Assembly (NCBI GenBank): GCA_963827655.1
Contig: CAWHCF010000050.1
Coordinates: forward strand, 1-64,000
Length of the DNA: 64,000 bases
Direction of reading: 5' to 3'
Source of the DNA: an uncultured Acidobacteriota bacterium
GTDB taxonomy: Bacteria; Acidobacteriota; UBA6911
Shown here one piece after another: positions 52,997 to 64,000 of this stretch (its first letter is position 1; each line of letters begins with the position of its first letter). The position numbers and the translations under genes are program-made. Under the pieces are notes generated by a model that ran no database searches, was not told where the DNA came from, and saw only the letters and a list, made by a program, of their open reading frames with translations.

Positions 52997-54127
52997 ATGG
53001 AACGCCGTGACTTTCTTCGCCGGGCCGCCGAGCTTGCTGTGGCCGGTCTCGCGACCGGCGCCGTTCCGGTGGCGGCGCAGTCCACGCCTGTCGTTCGCTC
53101 AGTGCTCGGTCCAGTCCCACCGGACCAGCTCGGCGCCGTGCTGATGCACGAGCACGCTGCGACGGTCGATTGGTCGGAATTGTACGAGACGCCGGCGGCG
53201 CCGGTCGGGCCCCCGGGTAGCGAGATCGAAGCGACTCTGCTCAATCACGCCGAAGCGACTCTGCGTGCCTGGCACGACAGCCTGCCCGAACCGCTCCGGC
53301 CGGGCACGATTGTCGATGCCACGCCGATCCGTGTCGGGCGCCATCCTTCGCTCCTCGTGAAGCTCGCGCGCCGCGTTCCGGTACGCATCGTGGCCTGCAC
53401 GGGATTCTGGTGCGAGGCGATGGCACCGCAGCATCCCTGGGCGCTGCGTCTCGGCCTCGAAAAGGACGGCGTGCGGCGCATCGCCAACCTCTACATCCGC
53501 GAAATCCGGGACGGCATGGAGGACCCGGCCGCCCCGTGGGGCGCTCGATTCACCGGAGTTCGCGCCGGCATCATCAAGTGCGCGACCAGCGCGTACCTGC
53601 GGCCGAGCGAACGACGTTGCCACGAGGCCGCGGCGATCGCCTGCCGGGAAACCGGCTGTCCGATCACCACCCACACCACCAACGGCGGCGGCCTCGAACA
53701 AGCCCAGCTCTTCCTCAAGAACGGCGTCAAGCCCGAGAAGATCATCATCGGCCATATGGGAAACATGGACGATCGGGAGCATGCGGAGCCGAGCGACTAC
53801 CACCGCCGCATCGCCGAGCTCGGCTGTTACGTGCAGTTCGACCGTGTCGGCCATTCCCAGTACCAGGTTGAAAAGATGGCGAGGCTGATCAAGGCTCTCG
53901 CTGATGCGGGTCATGCCGACCGCCTGCTCGTCGGCCACGATCATGTCCCGTCCGCCTATCGCCGGTATGCCGATGCGGAAAAACCCGCCGCCGGCTGGCA
54001 GCAGAACAAGGTGGATTTTTCCATCGCGACGACGCGGCTGACGTCGGCGCTCGGTGAGCTCGGAGTGTCGGGAAATGTTGTGCGCGCGATGCTGGTCGAG
54101 AACCCGCGTCGCGTGTTGGCGTTTTGA
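52997..54127 (+). CDS. Tat-exported phosphotriesterase-family (PTE/PLL/PHP) metallohydrolase
   Basis: MERRDFL twin-arginine signal; SVLGPV, MHEH, GIIK, PITTHT, IIGHM, VQFD, VGHD, ENPRR. Confidence 0.9.
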   Translation: MERRDFLRRAAELAVAGLATGAVPVAAQSTPVVRSVLGPVPPDQLGAVLMHEHAATVDWSELYETPAAPVGPPGSEIEATLLNHAEATLRAWHDSLPEPLRPGTIVDATPIRVGRHPSLLVKLARRVPVRIVACTGFWCEAMAPQHPWALRLGLEKDGVRRIANLYIREIRDGMEDPAAPWGARFTGVRAGIIKCATSAYLRPSERRCHEAAAIACRETGCPITTHTTNGGGLEQAQLFLKNGVKPEKIIIGHMGNMDDREHAEPSDYHRRIAELGCYVQFDRVGHSQYQVEKMARLIKALADAGHADRLLVGHDHVPSAYRRYADAEKPAAGWQQNKVDFSIATTRLTSALGELGVSGNVVRAMLVENPRRVLAF

Positions 54128-54183
54128 TCCAGCGTCCGTGCATGGCTTTGCCAAGTGGCGACTCACGGCCATAGCTCGCTTCT

Positions 54184-54418
54184 GCCCGTCGCAAGTAAAG
54201 TAATCGGTATGTCTTAGCCTAACAAGTTGAGTTGTGCCCCCTCGGGAGCCGGACGGCTTGATAGCCCGTCCGTACATGAACCGGGGGAGGTTTTGCAACG
54301 GTCTGATCAGGCCCGTCGCAAACGTAATCGGTATGCCTTAACCTTAAAAAGTTCAGTAGTGCCCCTCGGAAGCCGGACGGGCTTGATAGCCCGTCCGCAC
54401 ATGTATTGGCAGGTTTTC
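54184..54418. repeat. Two imperfect tandem copies (period 127 bp) of a hairpin-bearing intergenic element
   Basis: GCCCGTCGCAA..GTAATCGGTATG..GTGCCCCTCGG.AGCCGGACGG(G)CTTGATAGCCCGTCCG.ACATG..AGGTTTT at 54184 and 54311. Confidence 0.85.
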
Positions 54419-54427
54419 CGTTTTCGG

Positions 54428-57400
54428 TTAATCCGGAACCTGCGGGAGTCTTGGAGGGGACGACCGGAGTCGACCGTCAGTAGCGTCTGATACTGGACCA
54501 GGGCAACGGCGACAAATTTCTTGCCTCGCTCCCCAACCAGAACCATCGAACCTCGGAATCTCGGTTGCGTGACGCTGAACTGGTGCAGGAACCGCGACGC
54601 CTGCGCTCCCTGGGCCGAGCGGGTTCAGCTGCCGGAGGAGCGATCAGATCCATGATCACTCCATTTTCGTCGAGCACCCAAAGCCGGATGTTGACGTTTT
54701 CGTTTGTGGGATTCGAAACCGCGAAGCCCGGCTGGAACGGCCTTGTGTGAGCTCATTGTCCACCGTGATCGTAGCCGCGTTGATTGGATAGCCGCCGAAT
54801 ACACCCGCCGTGCTCTCCAGGACGTCGCGCGGCGTGTATTCGAAGGAAGCGAAGCCGCTCAGGTAACCGGTCGACGATACCAGGCGAGCCCAGCCGACCC
54901 GAAGCGGGTCCGAAGGATTGAGCGGAGCAACCCGGAGAATCCTGGTTCCGCCCGGAGGGACGGAATACGGAAATGAAGAGCCGACGATATCCAGGGGCGG
55001 AGGCGAAGAGGACTGAGCCGACGAAGTGGAAGATTCGGTCAGTGAAACCTGGAAAGGACCGCCGTTCTGATCGGTGAAAATGAGATCTCCGGTTGCTGTC
55101 TCGGCTCCGGTGTTGGAGATGACCAGGCCGGCCAGGTAGCCTCCGCCCACCGTGATGTGCGAGAAGGTGTAGGGGCCGGCGCTCTCGATCGTCGTGACAT
55201 CACTGACCGAGTCGCTAGCGTCGTCTCCGCCGCCCGAGACCGTTGCCGTATTGGTAATCGAGGGCGCGGCATCCGGCGCAACCGTCACCGTCAGAAGAAT
55301 CGCCGGATAGCTGGCTGCCTGGCGCCAGAGGGTCGCTCCGGACGCAGCTGACAGTCTGCCCGCCGATCGTGCAGGTCCAGCCCGAGCCGGCTGCAGCAGT
55401 CGGTTTCAGTCCCGCTGGGACTGGTCTTCGACCTTCACCTGGCCGTTGGTCGCCTCTTGCCCGGAGTTGGTGACCACGAGCGTGTAGATCGCGCCCGTCT
55501 GTCCCCGGGTGAAGGTCGCCGAGTGCGTCTTCGTGAGGGTGAGGTCAGGGCGCTGGCGAAGTGTTTCTGAGTCCTCGGCCGTATTGTTCCCACGGTTGAC
55601 GTCTGCCTGATGCGAGACCTGGGCAATGTTGATTATCGTTGACCCGACTGGGACGTCCGCGACATCCGTGGTAATCGTGATGTTGGGGTAACTCGCCCCC
55701 GCAGCAAGGACGTCACTCCGGGAGCAGTCCACGGTCCGGCCTGAGATTTCGCAGTTCCAGCCTCCGCCCGAGCTGCTGTGGCCGTCAACTCATCGGGCAG
55801 CTCGTCGGTGACTCTGACAGTCCCTTCGGTAGGTCCGCCGCTCTGGTTGGCGACCGCAATGATAAATATCACCCCCTTCTGACCCGGCGCGAAGCTGTTC
55901 GGGTGGCTTTTCACTATGGTCAGATCAGGGCCGCGGTCAACCGTTGCCGTATCGGTTGTGGTGTTATTGGCCGAAATGACTCCGGCCCGCGGATACAATC
56001 GCCCTGTTGGTTACCGACTGAGGAGCGTTAGGTGCGACATCCACTATGACCGTGACCGGCGCGTAACTCGCTCCCGGGGCCAGAGGGTCGCTTCGAGTAC
56101 AGGTAATAGTCCTGCCGGAGATAGTGCAGGTCGAGCTGTCACCGCTGGCTTCAGCGGGAGTCAGTCCCCCAGGGAGAAGATCGACCAGGGTTACGGTGCC
56201 GTCGGTTGGCGCGATTCCGGTGTTGGTCACGGTCATGGTGAATACTGCTCCGGCCTGCCCCTGCTTGAAACTACCCGTGTGACTCTTCGTGACAGTCAGA
56301 TCGGGGCCGCTGGTGATCGTGGTGGCATCTGTAGCGGTGTTATTTGTGGTTTCGCTGTCTCCGCCGCCGCTGAGGGTCGCTGTGTTGGTTACGGATGCGG
56401 GTGCGTCGACGGCAACGTCCACGTTGAGTGTGATTGCAGGATAGCTGGCGCCAGGAGCCAGAGCGCATCTCGCCTGCAGGTAACCGTCGCGGGTGCGATC
56501 GGGCACGTCTATCCGGTGCCGGTGGATCGACCGACCACGTGACCGGCAGGGTCCCGGTCGATCAGGGTGACGGTGCCGCTGGTCGGAGCGCCGCCGTTGT
56601 TCTGCACCGTCAAGGTGTAGGTGGCTCCCGTCTGTTTCTGAGCAAAATTGCCGGTGTAGCGATTTGAGACGGCCAGGTCTGGCCCCGCAACACGCTGGTC
56701 GGGTCGGTTGCCGTATTGTTGGCGGCATTGATGCCCCCGCAGCCGGAGAGTTGGGCAGTATTGGTTACCGAGGCCGCGGCTGGATGACACGTTCAGCGTG
56801 AGCGTAATGGGCGGGTAACTGGCTCCCCCTGCCAGCGCATCGCTCCTTTGACATAGGATGGAGTCGCTGACGATGGTGCAGGTCCAGCCGGCGCCGCTGG
56901 CTGCAGTCGGCGTGAGACCAGCCGGGACATTGTCGGTCACGGTGACGGTACAGGTCGTCGGGCCCACGCCCTGGTTAGTCACCGTTACGGTGTAAGTGGC
57001 TCCCGTCTGCCCCTTCGTGAAGTTTCCGGTGTGGGTCTTCGTTAGGGTCAAATCGGGACCGACGGTAATCGTGGTGGGGTCGCTGCCTGTGTTGTTGGCC
57101 TCGTCGGTGTCCCCACAGCTCGAGACCCGCCGGTATTCGTGATCGAGGCGGGTGCATTGGCGGCAACCTTCACCGTCAGGGTAATCGGCGGATAACTGCT
57201 TCCAGGAGCCAGGGAGTCGCTCCTCGAACAACTGGTGCCGTTCGTGCAAGTCCAGCCTGGCCTCTCGGCGGACACAGGTAGAATCGAGGAAGGATATCGA
57301 TCACAGTCACCAGACCATGGTCGGCCCTTGGCGGGTGTTGGTGATTGTTGCGGTGTAGGTCCCGGTCAGTAACTGGATGAGATGCCGGTGTGGCTCTTCG

Positions 57401-60400
57401 TGATCGTTAAGTCCGTGTCAGCCACAATAGAAGCCGTGTCGGGTCGGTAAGTCGTCGCGCTGGACGGCGCCGACCTTGATATCGACATGTTCGTACTGGC
57501 AACCGGAGCGTTCGCTGCATGTTGAGCGTGATCGTGATCGGTGGATAAGCACGCCGGGCCGCCAGCGCATCGCTCCTCTCGCAACGGACGAGCTGACCCA
57601 AAACAATGCAGGTCCACCCGGAACCGCTGGCGGCCGTTGGAATGAGCGGGTCCGGCATGAGGTCCTGTACAGTGACGGGGCTGGTGGTCGAACTGTTTCC
57701 ATTGTTGCTCACGGTAACGATGTAGGTCGCTCCGGTCTGTCCTGGGTGAAGTTGCCCGTGTGAGTCTTGGTCACGGAAAAGTTAGGCCCAAGGGTAATGG
57801 CGGTGACATCGTTGGCTGTGTTATTGGACGAATCGCCATCGCCGCCGCCGGAGACCGTCGCCGTATTGGTGACCAACTCGGGTGCGTTGTTGTCAACGTT
57901 CACCGTCAGGGTAATGGGTGGATAACTGCTTCCAGGCGCCAGGGCATCGTTCCTGGTACAACTCCCCTGGCCGCAAGTCCAGCCCGGCCCGCCGGCCGCC
58001 TGGCGTTGAGTCCTGCGGAAGGATGTCGATCACAGTGACCGGACCGTTAGTTGGCCCGACGCCGAGTTGGTTATCGTGACCGTGTAGGTTGCCCCGATCT
58101 GCCCCTGGATGAAGTTGCCGGTGTGGCTCTTGGTGATGGTCAAGTCGGGCCCAGGGCCAACCAGCGTGATATCGGTGGCCGCGTTGTTGCCTGGATTAAC
58201 GTCACCACCGCCTGAAATGGCTGCCATGTTCGTCACCAACACGGGCGCGTTCGGCTGAACATTGACTGTCAAGGTGATCGGCGGATAGCTCTGGTTTCCA
58301 TCCAGAGGATCGCTCCGGCTGCAGGTCACGTTCTGCGCCGAAACAACTTGCAGGTCCAGCCCGCGCCGGTTGCGGCGGTCGGCACGAGTGCCGCGGGCAC
58401 GCTATCGCTTATCGTCACGGCGCCGGTGGTCGGTGCAGTGCCCCGGTAGGTTCCGGTGATGGTTTAGGTCGCCCGGTCTGTCCCTGCCGGAAGCTGCCGG
58501 AATGGCTTTTCGTGACGGTCAGGTCGGGGCCGGGCCCTACCGCCGCGACGTCGGTGGACGAAGCTGTTGCCCGTATTGACTTCGCCCCCTCCCGAGACTA
58601 TCGCCGTGTTGGACAGCGAGGACGGGGCGCTGGCCGAGACGTTCACCGTGAGGGTGATGACGGGATAACTGGCGCCGGCATTCAGAGCGTCGCTTCGCGA
58701 ACAGCTCACTTTCTGGCCGGCGACGTTGCACCCCAGCAAGCGCCGACAGCCGTCGTCGCCGTGAACCTCGCCGGTAAGGCGTCGCTTTCTGTAACGGGTC
58801 GTGCTGTCGGCGCGCTGCCTATGTTCGAGACCGTGAGGCTGTAGGTTGCCCAACTGCGTCTGAACGAGGCTGCCCGTATGCTCTTGGTGATGGTCAGATC
58901 CGGCACCCCGGTAAACGGTAGTCGGATCCGTGACCGTGTTGCCACCGGGATCGACATCACCGCCTCCGGCCAGCTGAGCCGTGTTGATCAGCATTGCCGG
59001 GGCGTTCATCGCGACGTCCACCATGATGGTGACCGGGGGATAGCTAGCGCCGGGGTTCAAAGCGTCGCTGCGCATGCAAGTGACACTCTGGCCCCCCACC
59101 GTGCACGACCAGCCCGCACCGGTGGCCGACGTCGGCGTCAACCCTGCCGGAACGGTGTCGATCAAAGTCACCGGGCCGCTGGATGGGGAGCCGCCGGTAT
59201 TGCTGACCGTCAGGATATAGACTGCTCCTGTTTGCCCTGGGTGAAGTTGCCCGTGTGGCTCTTGGTCATGGTCAGGTTGGGCCCGGCACCGATTGCCGTG
59301 ACATCGCCCGCAGTGTTGTTCGCCTGGTTGACATCGGAGGCGCCGGACGACGCTGACCGTTTTTGTGACCGATGGCGGAGCGTTGGGCTGAACACTGATG
59401 GTCAAGGTATTGGGCGGGAAGCTCTGTCCTGAAGCAAGAGCATCGCTCCGGCTGCAGGGGATCGTGTGATCCGAAACATTGCAGGTCCAGCCTGAGCCGG
59501 CCGCGATCACCGAATCGAGTCCGTCGGGCAGGGTGTCGGTCATCGTGACGGCGCCGCTGCTCGGCGTGCCGCCGGCATTAGAGACCGTGACGGTGTAGAC
59601 TCCCGCGTCTGCCCTGGATGAAGCTGCCGACATGAGTCTTGGTGAGAGTGCGAGTCGGCTGGGGTGAAATCACGGTGTTATCCACCGCCTCGTTGTCCGT
59701 TACCTCGAGTCCCCCGACAGAAATGCCTTCCGAGCCGAAGACTGTTGCCCTGTTTGCTACCGACGCCCCCGCGGTGCTCTGGATATTCACGGTCAGCGTG
59801 ATCGCCGGGTAACTTCCTCCGGGCGCGAACACGTCGCTTCGGGAGCAGCTGACGGACCAGGGAGAGATACTGCAGGTCCAGCCTGTGAAGCTCGCCATTG
59901 TGGCAACCAGTCCGGGGGCAAGTCGTCAACAACCGTTAATGTGCCACTCGTCGGCTCGGCTCCGGCTTGGAGACGGTCACGACGTAAGTTCCTGTCTGTC
60001 CCTGGGTGAAATTGCCGGTATGGGTCTTCGTGATCTTCAGGTTAGCGCAGGTAGTATGGTCGTGGTATCGGTTCTGTATTGTTCGAAGGATCCGCGTCGC
60101 CGCCGCCGATGACTCTGGCAATGTTAATGACAGAAGCAGGGGCGTCGGGGGCGACCCTCACGGTGATCGTGAGGGGCGGGTACTCGCTCCGGGCGTGAGC
60201 GGGTCGCTCCTTCGGCATCCGATAGACGGACCCAAAGCATCGCAGGTCCAGCCGGGTCCGCTGGCAGCGGTCTGAGTCAGCGCAGGGAATATGGGGTCAA
60301 CGAAAGAAGCCGTGCCGGAGGTCAGGGCAGCGCCACGGTTGGTCACGGTGATGGTGTAGACAGCTCCGCTTTGCCCCTGTGGTGAAGTTCCCCGTGTGGG

Positions 60401-61879
60401 TTTTGGCAACGGTCAAGTTGGATCGCCGCTGATGGCCGTGACCAGCGTCACGGAATTATTGGCCGAATTGAGGTCCCCGCCGCCGCCGGCCGTTGCCATG
60501 TTCGTACCGATGCCGGGGCAGTGTCCGACACCGACCGTGAGAGTGATCGGCGGGTAGGCGGCTCCCGGGCCCAGGGGGTCGGCTGCGAGTGCAGGTGGCC
60601 GTGCTTCCGGAGATGCCGCAGGTCGACCTGAACCGCTGACCGCGGTTGGCGTCAGCCCGGCGGGTAGATTATCGATTACGGTAACGGTGCCGCTGGTGGC
60701 GGCTCCTCCGGTATTGGTCACAGTCAGCGTGTACGCGGCGCCGACCTGCCCCTGAGTGAAACTGCCGGCAGCAGTTTTGGTGATGGCAAGATCCGGGTCA
60801 GCGACAATGGTCGTGTTATCGGTGGCGGTATTGTTTTGCGTATCGCCGTCGCCGCCACCCGACACGATGGCCGAATTCAATACCGACGCAGGAGCGTTCA
60901 GGCGGAGATTGACCTTCCTGGTGATCGCCGTGTAGCTGCCTCACGGGCTCAGAGAGTCGTTTCGGGTGCAGGTCGTGGTGCTGCCAGAGACGTTGCAGTT
61001 CCAGCCGGGACCAGCGGCTGATACTGGAGTGAGACCCGCAGGAACATTGTCCACAACCGTGACAGTGCCGGTCGTGGCTACAACGCCGCTATTCCGCACC
61101 ATCAGGGTGTAGGCCGCCCCGCTCTGTCCCTGGGTGAAACTCCCGGTGTGGCTCTTGGTTATGCTCAGGTCAGGCGGGGCGCTCAGGCCGCTATTGTACA
61201 TACCGAAGAATTGTATTCCGGGACGTTCTTCAGACACGCCCTGGAAATAATCGAGATAGAGAATGTTGCCGGTCAGGGTGAATCCTGAGGTATACATGGC
61301 TGGATCGCTGATCAGCGCAAAACTCATCCCCCTGGTGGACAACCTGAATGGTTCCGAGATTTGTAGAGGCTCCACCCGTTGTGGTGAGGGCCAGGTTGGT
61401 GATCCTGATTGCCCCATCGTCATCGGGATGCTCTTCGCCATCGTCATGGTCATTGGGATCGTCTTTTGATGAGTGCATATCGATCAACACAGTGTTGACG
61501 GGTTGGTTGGGATTTTTGACTGGAGCTTGAAAATTATAGAATTGGCTGGCGCTTGTCGATCCTGAGGCGAACATTTCTATACGCGTCGGTGATGCGGGCT
61601 GTATACCAGAGTGAAAGAGTTCTGGGCGTTAATGCGGTTGTTCCACAGCATGTCGGCTTCTTTTCGGTTATCCGGATCACTGAGGTCGCCTGAGCCGACG
61701 TAGATTTCGCAGCAATCACCGATGACGCCGAAGTTGCGCAAGCGAGCCCCCCAGCCCCGGTCGATGAGGTCCGGATTGTTGTTCCGCGGATCCTTGTTGC
61801 TTAGAGTGATCGTAGCGGCAAATAAACTGCTCTCGGCGCACACAACTGCCACAGCGATGAAAAGCAGAAGACGTTTCAT
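54428..61879 (-). CDS. Giant secreted DUF11-repeat surface protein 3 (signal peptide, head domain, about 16 repeats, C-terminal domain); heavily frameshifted (pseudogene or poor consensus)
   Basis: MKRLLLFIAVAV signal, head domain homologous to gene 2, about 16 DLxIxK repeats between ~61175 and ~55548, CTD YTFSHITVGGGY..VALVQ..PSKTP..QVPD-stop. Confidence 0.85.
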
Positions 61880-61951
61880 AGTAACGTTCCTCAGGGTTCA
61901 AACGGTTACGCTTCTAGCCTGCTGTATACGGATTCTGGGTGAATTGAGCGA

Positions 61952-61980
61952 CTTCTATAGCAGGTCATGTGCCAAGTCAA
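61952..61980 (-). promoter_or_regulatory. Putative sigma70-like promoter of DUF11 gene 3
   Basis: TTGACT-N17-TAGAAG on the minus strand; conserved with the region upstream of gene 1. Confidence 0.55.
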
Positions 61981-62044
61981 GCAAATCTAGAATCCGCCCA
62001 AAATGGCGTCGGGGGTTCAACTTCAAAACTGAGAATGTCGCCTT

Positions 62045-62093
62045 GGAGCGCGGTAGCTTGCCACCGCCTTAGTTCGGCGAAGCTTGCTTCGCC
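62045..62093. repeat. REP-like double hairpin
   Basis: GCGGTAGCTTGCCACCGC followed by the perfect stem GGCGAAGC-TT-GCTTCGCC. Confidence 0.5.
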
Positions 62094-62407
62094 ACTACCG
62101 GTTCAACCGCGGGGATGGCCCGAGACCGGCCAGCGCCGCCAGCAGGGACAACATCGTAGTTACGCTTCTTCTCATGGCAACTCGTCGCACGAGGACGAGC
62201 TTGGGTTCTGTTGCTCTCTTGACTCTCCTGTTTTCCGTCATAGATCTCTCTCCTCTCTTTCAGGACTACCTCACAAAGTGAAGAAATCTAGCTCACAAGT
62301 TGTGGTTGCGGCGCTTTCCATTGGGTTCTGCTCCGATGGCATCCCCGCGGGAAGCAATGGATCTCGACCGGTTGACATACTGATGCTCTAGAAGTATTCT
62401 TTGACAT

Positions 62408-62647
62408 ATGAGAACAACCATCAGGCTGTCCGACGATCTGCTCCGCAAGGCGAGGAAAAAGGCTGCCGAGGAGGGGCGAACGGTGACCTCACTTGTCGAA
62501 GAGGGTCTAAAGATCGTGCTCGCCGAATCGAAGCCTCGGAAACGGGCGCGAGTGCGCTTACCTATTTCCAAGGCGTCGGGTGGCACACTTCCGGGCATTG
62601 ACCTGAATCGGTCGAGCGACCTTGAGGATCGGATGGAGGCGCGATGA
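62408..62647 (+). CDS. vapB: VapB-type ribbon-helix-helix antitoxin
   Basis: MRTTIRLSDDLLRKARKKAAEEGRTVTSLVEEGL..GG.LPGIDL; ATGA overlap with the PIN gene. Confidence 0.85.
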   Translation: MRTTIRLSDDLLRKARKKAAEEGRTVTSLVEEGLKIVLAESKPRKRARVRLPISKASGGTLPGIDLNRSSDLEDRMEAR

Positions 62648-63069
62648 TCCTTCCCGATGTCAATGTTCTCGTTCACGCTTTCCGATCCGATTCCACCGAT
62701 CATGATCTTTGCCGAAGGTGGCTGAACGAGGTCGTCAATGGCGACTCGCGCTACGGCGTGTCTCCGCAAGTGTTGAGTGGAGTTATCAGGGTGACGACCC
62801 ATCCCAGGGTCTTCTCGCGGCCCAGCGATCTCAGCGAAGTGGTCGGTTTTTGCGAGGTCTTGATGGCTCAACCCCATTGCGTCTTGATCCAACCTGGAGC
62901 TCAGCATTGGTCTATCTTCTCCCGTTTATGCAAAGACGCTGATGCACGTGGCAACCTCGTATCCGATGCCTGGTACGCAGCCTTGGCCATTGAATCCGGC
63001 TGCGAGTGGGTCACTTTGGACAGAGACTACGCTCGGTTCGCCGGAATAAAGTGGCGCCTTCCATCCTGA
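62644..63069 (+). CDS. vapC: VapC PIN-domain toxin
   Basis: ILPDVNVLV, GNLVSDAWYAALAIE, TLDRDYARF. Confidence 0.92.
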   Translation: MILPDVNVLVHAFRSDSTDHDLCRRWLNEVVNGDSRYGVSPQVLSGVIRVTTHPRVFSRPSDLSEVVGFCEVLMAQPHCVLIQPGAQHWSIFSRLCKDADARGNLVSDAWYAALAIESGCEWVTLDRDYARFAGIKWRLPS

Positions 63070-63148
63070 CACCGGTCCTCGAGTCTCCTGTTGGTTGCTC
63101 CAATCCGCTCAAGGCCACGGCGTTGGCAAATAGCCACGGTGATGACCC

Positions 63149-64000
63149 ATGGTTCCACGTTTGCAGTACACAGGGCGCGGCGCGTACACGGGCTTTGTCG
63201 ACAACAAGAACACCACGGGCGACACCGACCCGGTGGGCCCTCGTTCGACGGTTCGCATGGTCGCGCCGGCGCCTGGCGTTGAGGCCCCAACCGTCGTCCC
63301 ATATTCGCGCTGGCTGCCGCCTGACGGCCACGCGCTCTGGAACCTGCGCAAGCGCAAAGGAACGAACACGTACGTCCCCTGGGGTCTGATTGGCGGCGAC
63401 AAAGCCACCCAGGATCCTGCGACGACCAATGCGACGCGTGCGACCAACCTTGCCGACCAGCTGGAACTGGAGATGCGCGACAAGTACGGCATGGTGTTCA
63501 CCTGTGAGCCCACGATGACCGACATCGCCACGTACACGCACGGAATGATCCAGGCGATCTACAAGGCGTACACGCTCGGGCCGAGCTGCGTGCCCTACGA
63601 AATCGCGGTCGGGGACGCGACCAAGAAAATGGCCTCGTGTCTGCCGTGCACGTTGTTCATGCACGCGGCGGGTTACCCGCCGACCTCGATTCACCTTGGC
63701 AGTGGCGAGTCGTGGGCCCCGCTGTACGCGCCGTACAATCCGAACGGGCCCACCGAGCCGAACGAGCTCGGGGTAGTCCGGGATCTCAACAACGCTTGGT
63801 ACACCAGGTGTCTCGAGTGGCTAAAGATGGGGCTCGAGATCCTCGACGACGCGCATATCACGGCCGACCACAAGGTAAGCCGCGATGCGGTGCTGGACTA
63901 CCTGAAGACTCACGGTACGGAGCCGACGCTCGGCGGCGTTCTGATTCTCGACGCGGTCACGGTGCACGACTCGGAACTTAATCGCATCAGTCGCACGCTG
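63149..64000 (+). CDS. Hypothetical protein with His...CxxC (deaminase-like) motifs; runs off the window and is absent from the ORF track
   Basis: Manual translation: open from ATG 63149 to 64000 (284 codons, GC3-rich); ..YTHGMIQAIY..PYEIAVG..KKMASCLPCTLFM..HLGSGESW. Confidence 0.75.
   Translation, partial: MVPRLQYTGRGAYTGFVDNKNTTGDTDPVGPRSTVRMVAPAPGVEAPTVVPYSRWLPPDGHALWNLRKRKGTNTYVPWGLIGGDKATQDPATTNATRATNLADQLELEMRDKYGMVFTCEPTMTDIATYTHGMIQAIYKAYTLGPSCVPYEIAVGDATKKMASCLPCTLFMHAAGYPPTSIHLGSGESWAPLYAPYNPNGPTEPNELGVVRDLNNAWYTRCLEWLKMGLEILDDAHITADHKVSRDAVLDYLKTHGTEPTLGGVLILDAVTVHDSELNRISRTL

Noticed and set aside
23240-61879. DUF11 paralogs as a diversity-generating retroelement target/template set
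   Set aside because: No reverse transcriptase in the window, and differences between copies are not visibly adenine-restricted; ordinary duplication and recombination explain them.
62-61879. Frameshifts as programmed recoding or wholesale pseudogenisation
   Set aside because: Indels hit unrelated genes, often in short homopolymer or GC runs, with motifs intact on both sides; sequencing or consensus error is the simpler explanation, though it cannot be proven without reads.

Overview
GC-rich bacterial accessory region, probably Acidobacteriota (inferred from the secreted-domain repertoire and intergenic repeat types; not verified). Many genes are split by 1-2 nt indels, which looks like uncorrected long-read error, so genes are given with restored frames. 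Layout: (1) 0-12.3 kb, a nuclease/defence-like block: RecD-like SF1 helicase with a C-terminal nuclease; HIT-PLD-SF2 helicase-DUF3427 (SauUSI-type) enzyme read in frame with an upstream SprT-like metalloprotease; secreted thermonuclease; secreted LTD-PLD nuclease. (2) 12.9-16.4 kb, a DUF3011-porin and gene remnants. (3) 16.8-23.0 kb, a complete stressosome operon (globin-coupled RsbR, RsbS lacking the canonical phospho-Ser, RsbT, RsbX) coupled to a cytoplasmic hybrid kinase with an RsbT-like N-terminus and a receiver-adenylate cyclase. This predicted O2-to-cAMP pathway is the best candidate for an undescribed system. (4) Three paralogous giant DUF11-repeat surface proteins (16, 20 and about 16 repeats) with shuffled repeat blocks and a shared C-terminal domain. 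The first two are bracketed by octamer-repeat hairpins, and two inverted copies of a ~290-bp REP-carrying MITE enclose the stressosome plus the first adhesin. (5) 39.5-64 kb, secreted hypotheticals, three toxin-antitoxin pairs, an S1/P1 nuclease, a Gtf/Rgt-like glycosyltransferase next to an IS91 remnant, a Tat-exported phosphotriesterase-family enzyme, and a deaminase-like ORF that runs off the window. No rRNA, tRNA, CRISPR array or intact transposase was seen.
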